Below are positions 54,627-64,000 of a DNA stretch of 64,000 bases, one piece after another (within the stretch, counting starts at the first letter, position 1; every line of letters starts with the position of its first letter). The position numbers and the translations under genes are program-made. The notes under the pieces were generated by a model. It worked only from the letters and a program-made list of their open reading frames with translations. It was not told where the DNA came from and did no database searches. Origin of the DNA: Candidatus Omnitrophota bacterium (GTDB lineage: Bacteria; Omnitrophota; Gorgyraeia; Gorgyraeales; Gorgyraeaceae); assembly GCA_042572045.1 (NCBI GenBank), contig JBHPFI010000001.1, positions 112,015-176,014 of the forward strand. Direction: 5' to 3'.

Positions 54627-55583
54627 TTATCTTGAACGATGCTTGGCAAGAAACGTTTTAACCTGTTTTATATTCTTTAAACCCTTGTTCGCGCCTTGTT
54701 TAGTGCAGATTATAGCGGAAACTGCCGAGGCAAAGATTAGATGGGTTTTTATATTGCCAAAAAACCGCCTCTTCCCTATTTTGTTTAGCCTATAGAGAAG
54801 TCCTGCTGTAAAGGCATCGCCTGCGCCTATTGTATCAGCTATTTTGACTTTAAAGGCCGGCGCTTTGGTAAAGTTGCCATGGTTGTCCATGCGCACTGAA
54901 CCCTTTGCACCTAGAGTCAAGATGGTCTCGCAGTTGGTCAATTTTTTAAGCCTTTTTAGGCCTTTTTTAGGGTCTTTTTGACCTGTTAGGAATTCCAGGT
55001 CTAGGTCACTTATTTTAACCAGATCAACCCATTTTAATAAGCCTAAAACCCTTTTTCTGGCCCCCTTTTTATCCTTTATGGTATATGGTCTGAGGTTAGG
55101 GTCAAACGAGATAAACACTCGCCTTTTTTTAAGATATTTTACATATTTTAGGGCTTCTATAGAGCTTTCTTTTTGAAAGGAAAAGCTTGAGCCAAAATGC
55201 AGGATTTTGCAGTTATTTAATGGCTTTTTCAGGGCATCTTTTAAGCAGACTATTGATTCCAAGGAGGTATTTTTGTAAAAGGTATATTTTGAATTGCCCC
55301 GCTTATCTATATTGGCTATGGCAATAGGCGTGCGGATGTTAGGATCTTGCGCTATGCCGCTGGTAGCCACTCCGCAAGAACCCAGAAACCTTACAGCAAA
55401 GTCTCCTAAGGGGTCCTTGCCTATACGAGAAAGCATGGCTGTTTTAAGGCCCAACTTGGCGCATATAATGGCTGTATTAGTAACTGATCCGCCTACAGAG
55501 GCCCTAAAAATAATAGAGATATTTTTAGGGTTTTGTATGAGGTCTATTGATGTGCCCCCTAGACACAGAACGTCGATTGACAT
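54627..55583 (-). CDS. PfkB-family carbohydrate kinase
   Basis: GGS..N N-terminus and DTIGAGDAFTAG. Confidence 0.8.
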   Translation of the reverse strand: MSIDVLCLGGTSIDLIQNPKNISIIFRASVGGSVTNTAIICAKLGLKTAMLSRIGKDPLGDFAVRFLGSCGVATSGIAQDPNIRTPIAIANIDKRGNSKYTFYKNTSLESIVCLKDALKKPLNNCKILHFGSSFSFQKESSIEALKYVKYLKKRRVFISFDPNLRPYTIKDKKGARKRVLGLLKWVDLVKISDLDLEFLTGQKDPKKGLKRLKKLTNCETILTLGAKGSVRMDNHGNFTKAPAFKVKIADTIGAGDAFTAGLLYRLNKIGKRRFFGNIKTHLIFASAVSAIICTKQGANKGLKNIKQVKTFLAKHRSR

Positions 55584-55752
55584 GTAATCATGATATCCTT
55601 AATTGGGTTGATTTTCAAGGGGTAAAAGTGGTTTTTGAGAGGTTTTCCCTGGGCAAGGCTATCTCTCTCTTCCCGGCCTCCTCAAGGAATAGTGTCTAAT
55701 CGGGGCTTAAGGCAGGTTAAACGTGCTCTTGTTTTGAGAGGCGCCACCTTTT

Positions 55753-56103
55753 TTACTCTTTCACAGAAATTTCTCCTAAATCTACTTTTCCGGCAATGTT
55801 TGACAAGGCAGTCGTGTATTCATTTTGCCAGGTTTTAATAGAATACTCTAAATTGTTTATTTTAGATAATATAGTGCCTCTTTCTTTTTTGGATGAATTT
55901 TCTATATCTGTTAACCTGCTATAAAGCTTGCCCAGTTCGTTTTGCGATTCTATAAATCTGTTTCTTGAAAAGCGAATCTGTCTATCGAACAATGCTACCT
56001 TTTTTCTGTAGTCTTTATAAATAAGAAAACCGGCAACATAACTCCCAACAAGTGCAATAAACATAACGATTATTATTGCAGTAGTTATTCGGGACTCTTT
56101 CAT
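55753..56103 (-). CDS. Membrane-anchored coiled-coil protein
   Basis: ATG at 56103 behind GGGGGAGG. One N-terminal TM helix. Confidence 0.5.
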   Translation of the reverse strand: MKESRITTAIIIVMFIALVGSYVAGFLIYKDYRKKVALFDRQIRFSRNRFIESQNELGKLYSRLTDIENSSKKERGTILSKINNLEYSIKTWQNEYTTALSNIAGKVDLGEISVKE

Positions 56104-56292
56104 TGCCTCCCCCTTTTTTTCTAAACAAAAAGGCGACCCATGACTATCTACCGATAGCCTCAAGCCACCTTATATTATAAAAATATCAGGCCTTTTCCCA
56201 TTTACAGTCACTCCCCCGTGACTTAGTAATAATATACCCTGTCCAGAGCATTTTTTCAAGAAAAATGTGCTATACTTTAATTAGGGGGTAAA

Positions 56293-56739
56293 ATGATCAA
56301 TATCGTAAAAAGGCCCTTATTATTGATAAGTATATTAGCTATGGCAATGCCTCTTTATGCTGAGACTGACGCTGTCAGCACAAACGGCAGTGGTTTTCAC
56401 GCAGAAACAGAGTTTTTAGCCGATAGCGGGTTGCCTCAAGAGCCGCTCTCTATTCATTTAAAAAAAACCGAGAGATATGTAACATTTTCAGACTGGATCA
56501 ACTCGGCAAATTACTCTTTTCATATAGATAAAGATAAAGAAAAACAAAAATTAAGAGAGGATTGGAATAAGGTCTTGGGACTAGACGTCTTTTACCCCTA
56601 CTTTAAGGCCGAAGAAATAAAAGATAGGGTAGAAGAAAAAGGAAGCACGAAGGTCCTTAAAATAAAAGGAACAAGAATAAGAGGCAGGCCGCGTATTAAA
56701 AAAGATGAAGCCAAATATATCTTTAGTATAAAATTCTAA
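56293..56739 (+). CDS. Secreted hypothetical protein
   Basis: Signal peptide. GGGGG Shine-Dalgarno sequence. Confidence 0.5.
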   Translation: MINIVKRPLLLISILAMAMPLYAETDAVSTNGSGFHAETEFLADSGLPQEPLSIHLKKTERYVTFSDWINSANYSFHIDKDKEKQKLREDWNKVLGLDVFYPYFKAEEIKDRVEEKGSTKVLKIKGTRIRGRPRIKKDEAKYIFSIKF

Positions 56740-56745
56740 GTTTTT

Positions 56746-57624
56746 CTATTGGTGTTGCATTTGGTATTGCATTGTCCTTTCGGCCGATTCTTCCAGGAAG
56801 TCTGCAAGATTTTCATCAGTTTCTTCGTTTTTAAGATCGAATTTAAAGGTGTGATATTGCCCGCCTTTTTTCATGCTCATTATCTGTACCCAGAGGCGGT
56901 AAAGCTTGTCTTTTTTTACCTTGTCGCGCGGTATATCAAAACGCACTAATTCCCTTGTCAATGTCCCCTTTACACTCCCTCCGCGTCCAACCCCTTCTCT
57001 CATTTGTTCCTTCTTTTTAAAGCTTATAAAAGCGCGGTCTTTTTGAGTTGTCAGAAAGGCTTCGTCTTCCTCCACTGATTGAAAAAGAATATCTTTTGAT
57101 TCAATATTTAAACGCCCCAATTTTGGACCTACGACAAGTGCGTTATAGATCCTTGGTTTTTTGCGAAACATGCGGGCTACTATCTTTACCTCTAAAATGT
57201 TGTCTATCAGATAAGCTTCTACCCCCACGATGCTTTTTTGAAATTTCTTTGCCTCTCGGATTACAAAAACCTGGGGTTCACCCTCTTCCTCTTCAACTTT
57301 GACTTCAGTCTCTTTGGCTATAATATTTGCTGAATCGATCGTTATGTTTACATTACCTGCGGTGAGCGCCGAAGAATCCACAGCATCTACCGCCTTAGAG
57401 ATGGATTGTAAAATAATTTTCTTATTTTCTTCATATTCTATTTCTGAGATTAAACCCTTTTCGTAAAGTGACTTTAACTCAAGCAATCTATCTTCGGAGC
57501 TAAGCTCCTTTTTTATGCTCTCCGGCACCTTGCCCTCTTCCTGCGCGCAGAGAAAACCCGGCGTTAGAGATATAAGACTTATTACAAATGAAACCATTAA
57601 GAAGCGCGATAATAAATTTTTCAT
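56746..57624 (-). CDS. Secreted protein with SHOCT-like motif
   Basis: Signal peptide. LELKSLYEKGLISEIEYEENKKIIL. Confidence 0.5.
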   Translation of the reverse strand: MKNLLSRFLMVSFVISLISLTPGFLCAQEEGKVPESIKKELSSEDRLLELKSLYEKGLISEIEYEENKKIILQSISKAVDAVDSSALTAGNVNITIDSANIIAKETEVKVEEEEGEPQVFVIREAKKFQKSIVGVEAYLIDNILEVKIVARMFRKKPRIYNALVVGPKLGRLNIESKDILFQSVEEDEAFLTTQKDRAFISFKKKEQMREGVGRGGSVKGTLTRELVRFDIPRDKVKKDKLYRLWVQIMSMKKGGQYHTFKFDLKNEETDENLADFLEESAERTMQYQMQHQ

Positions 57625-57642
57625 AAAGCCTCCTCCTTTTTT

Positions 57643-57870
57643 TTATGACTTAAATAAATACGCAAGTCTGAGACCAAAGAACATGTATAGAAAAAAGATA
57701 AACAAATAAACCATTAATACATGTGACCCAAGGAAATAAGCGTGAGAACGCTCCGGTTTTTTCTTATAGTTTATATAGCAGACGACGTAAAAAAATAAAA
57801 ATATTATAACAGGTATTGATAGAAACATAAAGCACTGAAACCCGGATGTATGATAAGATATGAACAGCAT
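57643..57870 (-). CDS. Small membrane protein
   Basis: 75-aa hydrophobic ORF that directly abuts the upstream gene. Confidence 0.4.
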   Translation of the reverse strand: MLFISYHTSGFQCFMFLSIPVIIFLFFYVVCYINYKKKPERSHAYFLGSHVLMVYLFIFFLYMFFGLRLAYLFKS

Positions 57871-58080
57871 TTATTGTTTCTCTTTTTTTGAGTGTTTCCA
57901 GACTACAAGCCAGAATGCGATTGCCCAGATAAGCAAAGCCATCATAGAAATATTAAGGACAAAACACTGCCTGGTCAAACAGAAAGTTTTTATATGCAAG
58001 ACGTTTATTACTATAAGAATAATCACGATTAAGCTTATGACTATTCCCATTAATTTGAACACCTTTGATTTACCCGCCAT
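57871..58080 (-). CDS. Small membrane protein
   Basis: 69-aa hydrophobic ORF, 2 nt from the upstream stop. Confidence 0.4.
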   Translation of the reverse strand: MAGKSKVFKLMGIVISLIVIILIVINVLHIKTFCLTRQCFVLNISMMALLIWAIAFWLVVWKHSKKEKQ

Positions 58081-58082
58081 TT

Positions 58083-58796
58083 TTACTCTTTAGGAAATTT
58101 TATGATGTTTTTCAGTTCACTTGCGGTTTTACCCAGAATACCCTTGGCATCCTTAAGTGCATCTGAAGCCATATCTGTAACTTTACCAAAATCTGTAACA
58201 CTTTCTATGGCAGTAGTCACCAAAGCTCTTGTTGTTATTATTCGCACTATCTCGTTTAAGTCCTTGATATTTCTATATTTGCTATCAAGATTAATGTTGT
58301 ATTCTGATACAATAGGCTCTTTTCCTGAAGAATGGTCTTTGTATATGATTTTTCCTATCTTGAGGCGCATCTTGTCTATCTCTATATCAACGGCCCCAGA
58401 AGCTTTTTTTTGCTTTCCGCTACGCATGTTTTTTACATAGCCCAGATTTGTTTCACCGCTTTTATTTTTTACAACTGTAAATTCCCTGAGGTTTATAAAC
58501 ACCTCATTGAGATGGATTTGTTTTTTGAGTATTGCGCGAAGGTCATAATCTATATATATCTCTGGCATATCCATCATTATTCTGTCGTCAAAATTCTCAG
58601 GGTTTAAAACAAGCATGTTTTTGATATTGATATATGTCCTAGGAATGCTTATCTCTAGCTTCCCTATATCCATTCTTAATCCTGTTGTAATCGATACGAT
58701 TTTTTGGATAGAGGCCTTGGCTATAGAATCCTTGGCCATCGAAATCCCAATCACTAGAAATATTAAAACCGTTGCTATAAAGACGCTCTTTTTCAT
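58083..58796 (-). CDS. Secreted/anchored protein, AsmA-N-terminal-like
   Basis: N-terminal TM helix, then a beta-rich region. Weak resemblance only. Confidence 0.4.
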   Translation of the reverse strand: MKKSVFIATVLIFLVIGISMAKDSIAKASIQKIVSITTGLRMDIGKLEISIPRTYINIKNMLVLNPENFDDRIMMDMPEIYIDYDLRAILKKQIHLNEVFINLREFTVVKNKSGETNLGYVKNMRSGKQKKASGAVDIEIDKMRLKIGKIIYKDHSSGKEPIVSEYNINLDSKYRNIKDLNEIVRIITTRALVTTAIESVTDFGKVTDMASDALKDAKGILGKTASELKNIIKFPKE

Positions 58797-58816
58797 ATTT
58801 TATGCAGAAATCCGAA

Positions 58817-59248
58817 CTAAAGCCTATCCGGGCCTTGAAACCCAGCCTGCCTTTTGATCTTTATGCATTTTGAGGAAGAAGAGGCTATATTTATTCCCTC
58901 TTCGTCTACGCATTTTCCGCTTACTGCCAGCATCCTCGTATTTTCAGAAATTATTTGTGCGGAGAATGTCAGTTTCTTTCCCGTGGCAGCCGGGTTTATA
59001 AGTTTTATAGTGTATTCGGCGCTTACAGCATGCATGCCAAGTCTCCAAGCCAGATTTACCATGCACTCGTCTAGTATCAAACCTAAGATGCCGCCATGAA
59101 CTATATCCTTGAATCCCTGATGTATTTTTTTAGGCGTGAATTCAGTAAAAATAGACTTCTTTTCTTTATCTAAATGAAATTTAAGTTTTAATCCGGAATT
59201 ATTAAGCGAACCACAAGCAAAGCAATGATGGTCATCCTCTAGTCGCAT
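58817..59248 (-). CDS. PaaI-family hotdog thioesterase
   Basis: CFACG...HQGFKDIVHGGILGLILDE. Confidence 0.7.
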   Translation of the reverse strand: MRLEDDHHCFACGSLNNSGLKLKFHLDKEKKSIFTEFTPKKIHQGFKDIVHGGILGLILDECMVNLAWRLGMHAVSAEYTIKLINPAATGKKLTFSAQIISENTRMLAVSGKCVDEEGINIASSSSKCIKIKRQAGFQGPDRL

Positions 59249-59252
59249 GATA

Positions 59253-59609
59253 TCAATAAAAGCACTTTTTTAACAACTTGACTCCCACTTCATATATAAG
59301 GTCTTCCGCGTCATCTCCGACAATAAATTCCTCAGCCCACATTACCTTTGCCTTTGAGGACACTGGCGTGCCGCCATAAGGTGTTTCAAGTTCCAGGTCT
59401 AGCGTAGTCCCTTTTAGAATTTTTGTTTTTACGGGAAATCTAATGCCGGTTTTGCAAATATTTTTGGTCTGGGTTTCTATGCGCTGTTTAGTGATAGGGT
59501 CGGAATAGTTCAGCTTGAGGGGGAGATTGTATCTTTTTGCGCGTCTACGCTCACTAACAAAGTCTTCTATTTCTTTTTTTCTCTCTTTAAATAAATCCAG
59601 GAATTTCAT
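59253..59609 (-). CDS. PilZ domain protein (variant NxCxxG)
   Basis: RRAKR and NICKTG. ATG at 59609. The track ORF extends to 59681. Confidence 0.6.
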   Translation of the reverse strand: MKFLDLFKERKKEIEDFVSERRRAKRYNLPLKLNYSDPITKQRIETQTKNICKTGIRFPVKTKILKGTTLDLELETPYGGTPVSSKAKVMWAEEFIVGDDAEDLIYEVGVKLLKKCFY

Positions 59610-59664
59610 GACATACGTTCTCTTGGGGTTCGAGCATTCGTCTCGACCTTGCGATTTGACAGGA

Positions 59665-60036
59665 TTAGGCCTGGTAGCCAAAGCCCTTGTTTTGCTTTTC
59701 TAAATAATTCATCAACCTGCCGACGTAAAGAAGTTGTCTGTCTATAAACTGGATACCTGCTTCAAAATGTTGCCAGGCTCCTTTGTCCATAGGCTCGTCC
59801 CATACCCAGACTACTTTGCCCCTGCACCTTGCTTTTAGAGTCGTATCATACTTGAATATCTCCAGATCCAATACCGCCCCGGGATCCATTTTCTTTAACA
59901 GAGACATCCTAATTCCGCCGCCACTTATGTTTTTCGTCGTGCTGCAATATTCCCTGTCGCTGCCCTGGGGGCTGTATCTAACAGCAAGCTCGCCTTCTAG
60001 GCGTTCAAAAATACGGCTATCTGTTCGGACACCCAT
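59665..60036 (-). CDS. PilZ domain protein
   Basis: RIFER and NISGGG. Confidence 0.7.
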   Translation of the reverse strand: MGVRTDSRIFERLEGELAVRYSPQGSDREYCSTTKNISGGGIRMSLLKKMDPGAVLDLEIFKYDTTLKARCRGKVVWVWDEPMDKGAWQHFEAGIQFIDRQLLYVGRLMNYLEKQNKGFGYQA

Positions 60037-60051
60037 TCCCCACCTCCTTTT

Positions 60052-60471
60052 TTATAAAAATTTTTTTGTTTCAAAATTATTCATAATCCTAAACCAGAGA
60101 AAATACGCAAGCGGAGCAACAGGATTAGAAATTTGGTCAATAAAGAGATGCAAAGTAAAACTTATGGCTGCGCTTTTCCATACGATGTTGAGATTAAATA
60201 TGAATATAGCCGTCCAAAGCAATGCTAGTAACTCATAAGAATGCAGAAACACTGTCAGTCTTTTGAAAGACATGTATTCGCGTCTGAAGGTGCTACAGAT
60301 TTTTATTAAATTAAAACTCAGCCCCCTTTCTCTTATGTAGTCAATATAGTGGTCTAAGTCTACAAAGATACCTGTTATTAAAAACCCTAAAAAGCCAGCA
60401 AGGGAATGGGTGTAACTATATATTATGCTTGCCCCTGTCAGGGAAATCGCTACATGGCCTAAAACTATCAT
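60052..60471 (-). CDS. DUF457 (YdjM-like) membrane-bound metal-dependent hydrolase
   Basis: MIVLGH...DLDHYIDY. ATGA overlap with the M48 stop supports a start at 60471. Confidence 0.6.
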   Translation of the reverse strand: MIVLGHVAISLTGASIIYSYTHSLAGFLGFLITGIFVDLDHYIDYIRERGLSFNLIKICSTFRREYMSFKRLTVFLHSYELLALLWTAIFIFNLNIVWKSAAISFTLHLFIDQISNPVAPLAYFLWFRIMNNFETKKFL

Positions 60472-61376
60472 TGTAACTTTTTGCCATCGTAAGGGCAATA
60501 TCTCGTTCTACCAGGAAAGATCTTTCTGCATACAGGACACATCACCTTTAGAGGTCTTGCTTTATCGATCCCGGGTGGGGACGAGTCAATATCTCTTTCT
60601 TTTTTAGGTTGATCGTCTACGATCGCCTTCTTGTTATCACTCTCTATTATAGATGCAATCTTTGTTTTGAGCAAGTCTATTCTTTGAGAGACATAGGGAT
60701 GACTGCGTAGAAACACGACCCCTAGCTCCTCATTTTTTACCTCTTTTAATTTTTCTAAAAATGAGATCATCGCATAAGGATCATAGCCCGCCCTGTGCGC
60801 ATATTTGACGCCTAATCGATCTGCCAAGAGCTCGTCTTCTCTGGAATAGCCAAGCGTTATAAGGTTGAAGCTTATAGAAGCCGCTTTTTGTAATTCCCCT
60901 GATCCTCCTCTGCGGGTGGCAATATTCATCAGGATGTCATAACCGATTTGCGCCTGTAACTTTTTTGCTATGTGCCGCGCTGCAACATGTCCTATTTCAT
61001 GCCCTATTACGCAGGCAAGCTCGTTGTCATTGGCCTTTTCCATGAGCCCTGAATTTAGATATATGTGTCCGCCTGGGGTCGTAAAGGCATTCAGGCCGTC
61101 CTCTTCTATTACGGAGAATTGATATTTCAGATCTTTGCGGTCAGAGACGGCTGCTATTTGTTCTCCGATTTCACTCACGCGGTTTATCTTCTTATTGTCC
61201 TTGCTGATCTTATATTGATTTGAAACCTTACTCGCTACTATTTTTCCGAGGGCTACTTCTACTGGCGTGGTGACAAAGATGAGCTCGTTTTGGCCTGTTG
61301 CGGGATTATATGTGGTCGCGCAGCCATACAACGTAAAAGAAGCAGCCAAAATCAAGATTACGCAGGATCTTAACAT
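60468..61376 (-). CDS. M48-family zinc metalloprotease lipoprotein with C-terminal zinc ribbon
   Basis: Lipobox TLYGC. HEIGHVAARH. CPVC...CPYDG. Start chosen at 61376 (MLRSCVILIL). Confidence 0.75.
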   Translation of the reverse strand: MLRSCVILILAASFTLYGCATTYNPATGQNELIFVTTPVEVALGKIVASKVSNQYKISKDNKKINRVSEIGEQIAAVSDRKDLKYQFSVIEEDGLNAFTTPGGHIYLNSGLMEKANDNELACVIGHEIGHVAARHIAKKLQAQIGYDILMNIATRRGGSGELQKAASISFNLITLGYSREDELLADRLGVKYAHRAGYDPYAMISFLEKLKEVKNEELGVVFLRSHPYVSQRIDLLKTKIASIIESDNKKAIVDDQPKKERDIDSSPPGIDKARPLKVMCPVCRKIFPGRTRYCPYDGKKLQ

Positions 61377-61392
61377 ATTGCATCGCATTCCC

Positions 61393-61851
61393 TTAAGCAA
61401 GACTAGCGAGCATTTTTTGCACAATAGAACTTATGGTCTTTCCGTCCGCGCGCCCTTTTGACGCCTGCATGCTCGATTTCATTACCTTGCCGAAGTCAGA
61501 TTTTGAACTCGCCCCTGTTTCGGATATAGCCTTTTTTACTATTTCTTCGATTTCTTTTTCACCAAGCTGTTCAGGTAAATACGACTTCAGTATGTCGAGT
61601 TCTTTTGTTTCCTTCTCCACAAGGTCTGTTCGCCCGCCTTTTGTAAAGCTCTCAATAGAGTCTTGATGTTGCTTTAGCTGTTTTGTTATTATTTTTAGCA
61701 CATCGCCGTCATCTAGCTCTTTTTGTTTCTTCTCTATGATAGCGTTCTGTATCGAAGCTATTATCATGCGCAATGTGGATGTACGTAAGCCGTCCTTGCT
61801 TTTGATAGAACTTGTGAGGTCGTTTGCTATTCTTTTTCCAAGAGATCCCAT
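61393..61851 (-). CDS. GatB/YqeY domain protein
   Basis: IKSKDGLRTSTLRMIIASIQN...LKSYLPEQL. Confidence 0.75.
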   Translation of the reverse strand: MGSLGKRIANDLTSSIKSKDGLRTSTLRMIIASIQNAIIEKKQKELDDGDVLKIITKQLKQHQDSIESFTKGGRTDLVEKETKELDILKSYLPEQLGEKEIEEIVKKAISETGASSKSDFGKVMKSSMQASKGRADGKTISSIVQKMLASLA

Positions 61852-62103
61852 TTAAAACCCCTCTATTATTTTTATTGGAAATACAAGTTGGGTCTTTGTA
61901 GTTGCGCAGTCGGAAAACTGCAGCACGAATTCGGCAGCGGCCCTCTCGGAAGACGCTTCAAAGACCAGTATTATATCAGGCTTTCCAAAGCCACCTAGTA
62001 TATTTTTTATGATCAATCCTTGCGTTATGTTTGGGTTCTTCGCCTTATCAGTAAGCTGTTTTGCCTTTCCCGGTATGATTTCGAGAGAAGAAATAAATAA
62101 CAT
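61852..62103 (-). CDS. GYD-like small protein
   Basis: 83 aa. The GKPDIILVFEASSERAAAEF pattern gives a weak assignment. Confidence 0.4.
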   Translation of the reverse strand: MLFISSLEIIPGKAKQLTDKAKNPNITQGLIIKNILGGFGKPDIILVFEASSERAAAEFVLQFSDCATTKTQLVFPIKIIEGF

Positions 62104-62106
62104 GGG

Positions 62107-62478
62107 CTATCCTCCTTCTTTTTCCTCTATCTTTCTGTACATTAAGTCGCATAAAAATTTTAAGAATGTGCTTTTATTGTCCTCCTCAATCCCCTTAAAT
62201 TCAATCCCGGCGCTGTGAGACAGTTTTTTATCTTCAGGGTCTTTTTTCTTCGACCACAGGACTACGGCGCTTAAATGCGCAGGGTTTGCGGCCTCGGGGA
62301 TAAAGACTTTGATCTCTAACCTGCTCCCTGTCTGCAGATTTTCTTCGGTCAGTATTTGCATGCCGCCTGCGCTTACGTCCTTGGTCATGCCAGTTCTTTC
62401 GACTTTCGGATCTTTTTGGACGGTATAAGCTATCTTCAATGAAATATTAAACCTTATGAATCTTCTTTTTTCTCTCAT
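62107..62478 (-). CDS. PilZ domain protein
   Basis: RRFIR and DVSAGG. Confidence 0.75.
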   Translation of the reverse strand: MREKRRFIRFNISLKIAYTVQKDPKVERTGMTKDVSAGGMQILTEENLQTGSRLEIKVFIPEAANPAHLSAVVLWSKKKDPEDKKLSHSAGIEFKGIEEDNKSTFLKFLCDLMYRKIEEKEGG

Positions 62479-62481
62479 AGT

Positions 62482-62973
62482 TTAATCCAATCTTGTTATG
62501 ATTAGTTTTGGCGGGGTTATCTCTTTATACTTTACCCCTGCCTCTTTAAACAGCTCTTTAAAGCTTTTATCTGCGTAATGTCCGCTGGTTATAAAGCAAG
62601 TTATCTTAGCGTTTACAATCATCTTGGCGCATAGTATGCACGGAGAATGGGTGCAGTAGACAGCGCTTCCCGAAATATCTATCCCGTGGAGCCCAGCCTG
62701 TATTATTGAATTTTGTTCTGCATGTATAGCCCGGCATATCTCATGTCTTTGGCCTGATGGAATCTTTTTCTCGGCCCTCAAGCATCCTAGGCTTAAGCAA
62801 TCTTTAACGCCCCTTGCTGCGCCGTTGTATCCAGTGGTAAGGATACGCCTATCCCTCACTATAACAGCGCCAACACGATGCCTTAGGCATGTCGAGCGCT
62901 CAGCCACAAGGTACGCCATTTTTAAAAAATATTCGTTCCAATCAGGTCTTTTGCTTTTTTTTGATTGTCTCAT
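62482..62973 (-). CDS. dCMP deaminase (ComEB-type)
   Basis: HAEQNSI and HSPCILCAKMI. Confidence 0.85.
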   Translation of the reverse strand: MRQSKKSKRPDWNEYFLKMAYLVAERSTCLRHRVGAVIVRDRRILTTGYNGAARGVKDCLSLGCLRAEKKIPSGQRHEICRAIHAEQNSIIQAGLHGIDISGSAVYCTHSPCILCAKMIVNAKITCFITSGHYADKSFKELFKEAGVKYKEITPPKLIITRLD

Positions 62974-63490
62974 CTATTTTTCTGTGTAAAGCCTCTATTG
63001 TTGAGTCATTTTTTATAATTACATCGGCCATCTGCAGGCATTTAGCGAGTTGCTGATTTTCCGAACTATTTTTGTTTTCCCTCCGCTCCTTCTCGATAAA
63101 TTCCTGTAGCGTCTGCGGGTCGCCCGCCCTTTTCCTTTTTAAGCTCCTTTCAAAGCGCGTCTCTACAGGCGCGTCTATGCCTATTAAGATAAAATCATTG
63201 CGCTTGCCGAGCTCTTCTATCTCTGCAGGATTTCTTATAGAGTCCACTATATAATTTCCCGATTCTGATAGTCCTTGTATTACGCGACGCGCCAGGAACG
63301 AAGGCCCGTTTTTACGCCTCAGGTCATTTCCTAGCCTTATCAGGTTTTCTCGCGAAGGCTCTATATTCAGTTTTTTGCTTTCTTCTCTAAGTATATCCGA
63401 GAGCGAATAGCAACCAAAACCTTTTGATGTTATATAAAGGGATGCTTCGCCTTTTCCGGAAGCATTAGAGCCTGTAAGGCCGATGATCAT
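62942..63490 (-). CDS. P-loop nucleotide kinase (CoaE/dNMP-kinase-like)
   Basis: IIGLTGSNASGKGE Walker A. 32-nt overlap with the deaminase gene. Confidence 0.55.
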   Translation of the reverse strand: MIIGLTGSNASGKGEASLYITSKGFGCYSLSDILREESKKLNIEPSRENLIRLGNDLRRKNGPSFLARRVIQGLSESGNYIVDSIRNPAEIEELGKRNDFILIGIDAPVETRFERSLKRKRAGDPQTLQEFIEKERRENKNSSENQQLAKCLQMADVIIKNDSTIEALHRKIDETIKKKQKT

Positions 63491-63497
63491 ATATATA

Positions 63498-63818
63498 TTA
63501 TTTAACTATCGCTCCCGGGGTAATATCCTTGTCGGGAAAAAGAACAGATAATTTTTCCCCGTCCTGCGCCGCCAATATCATGCCATTACTCTCCACGCCC
63601 CTTATTACAGCAGGTTCCATATTGTCTATTACAGCTACGAGCTTATCTTTTAATGCCTCTGGCGCGTAGGCCTTTTTTATGCCGGCAACTATTTCTTTTT
63701 CTGCGCCTCCGACATCTATTTTTATCACATAAAGCTTGTCCGCGTTAGGATGTTCTTTGACCTCTTTTATCTTAGCTATCTTTATGCTGAGTTTTTTAAA
63801 TTCTTCAAAGGAAACCAT
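63498..63818 (-). CDS. tRNA-binding (CsaA/EMAP-type OB-fold) protein
   Basis: HPNADKLYVIKIDVGG...VESNGMILAA. Confidence 0.75.
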   Translation of the reverse strand: MVSFEEFKKLSIKIAKIKEVKEHPNADKLYVIKIDVGGAEKEIVAGIKKAYAPEALKDKLVAVIDNMEPAVIRGVESNGMILAAQDGEKLSVLFPDKDITPGAIVK

Positions 63819-63819
63819 A

Positions 63820-64000
63820 TCACACCTTTAACCTTTCTAATTTATAAAACATAAGTTCACATACATGCTCCAGGAACTCGCTTTTCATCTCTGGATTTAT
63901 CTCTTCAAATTTAATACCCACATCTATTTTACCGGCCCTCTCACCCGCTGTCCATATAACCTTGCCTATGGCAGATATAGGCTTTTTCATGGCTGGAAAA
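63820..64000 (-). CDS. PilZ domain protein, 5' end outside the window
   Basis: The minus frame reads ...GKVIWTAGERAGKIDVGIKFEEINPEMKSEFLEHV...KV*. Stop at 63820-63822, one nt before the next ATG. Confidence 0.5.
   Translation of the reverse strand, partial: FPAMKKPISAIGKVIWTAGERAGKIDVGIKFEEINPEMKSEFLEHVCELMFYKLERLKV

Overview
The window is 64 kb of a low-GC chromosome from a diderm bacterium. TolC, LolA-like, BamE-like and C-terminal-Phe beta-barrel proteins are all present. The gene content looks anaerobic: many radical-SAM enzymes, a rubrerythrin-like protein, Tpx and periplasmic MsrAB. Five single-domain PilZ proteins also occur. This fits an uncultivated lineage, but I cannot assign taxonomy from sequence alone. 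I support about 85 coding genes, roughly 90% on the minus strand, many joined by ATGA start/stop overlaps. I recognised no rRNA, tRNA, CRISPR array, transposase or integrase.

Main blocks:
- 6-5498: a 5'-truncated giant methyltransferase-like/Nudix protein, followed by a barrel-only inverse-autotransporter-like outer-membrane protein and a coupled secreted partner.
- 13085-24826: a seven-gene coupled operon. It encodes a GT-C membrane glycosyltransferase, three B12-binding radical-SAM enzymes, a canonical AsnB, a membrane-anchored GT2 and a Cys-less AsnB homologue. It lies directly downstream of tolC-macA-macB. It is bracketed by a direct repeat made from the macB 3' end, with a 40-nt perfect core and synonymously diverged arms.
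- 29457-34041: an MMPL/RND exporter with a LolA-like protein and an outer-membrane barrel.
- The remainder is housekeeping and stress genes: rlmD-like, THUMP methyltransferase, ABC-F, mscS, msrAB, tpx, dCMP deaminase and others.

The most unusual sequence-level property is a set of dispersed, modular intergenic repeats. A near-consensus sigma70-type promoter cassette (TTGACT-17 nt-TATCAT) recurs at least 7 times with an identical 17-nt spacer length. A CCAC-N6-GTGG palindrome and several conserved 5' leaders recur with it. Footprints of the 3' ends of unrelated genes lie next to some copies. There are also three paralogues plus one remnant of a 120-aa membrane protein, and a CDS-precise inverted duplication of a 52-aa membrane protein. 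All functional calls come from motif recognition by eye. No database search was run.
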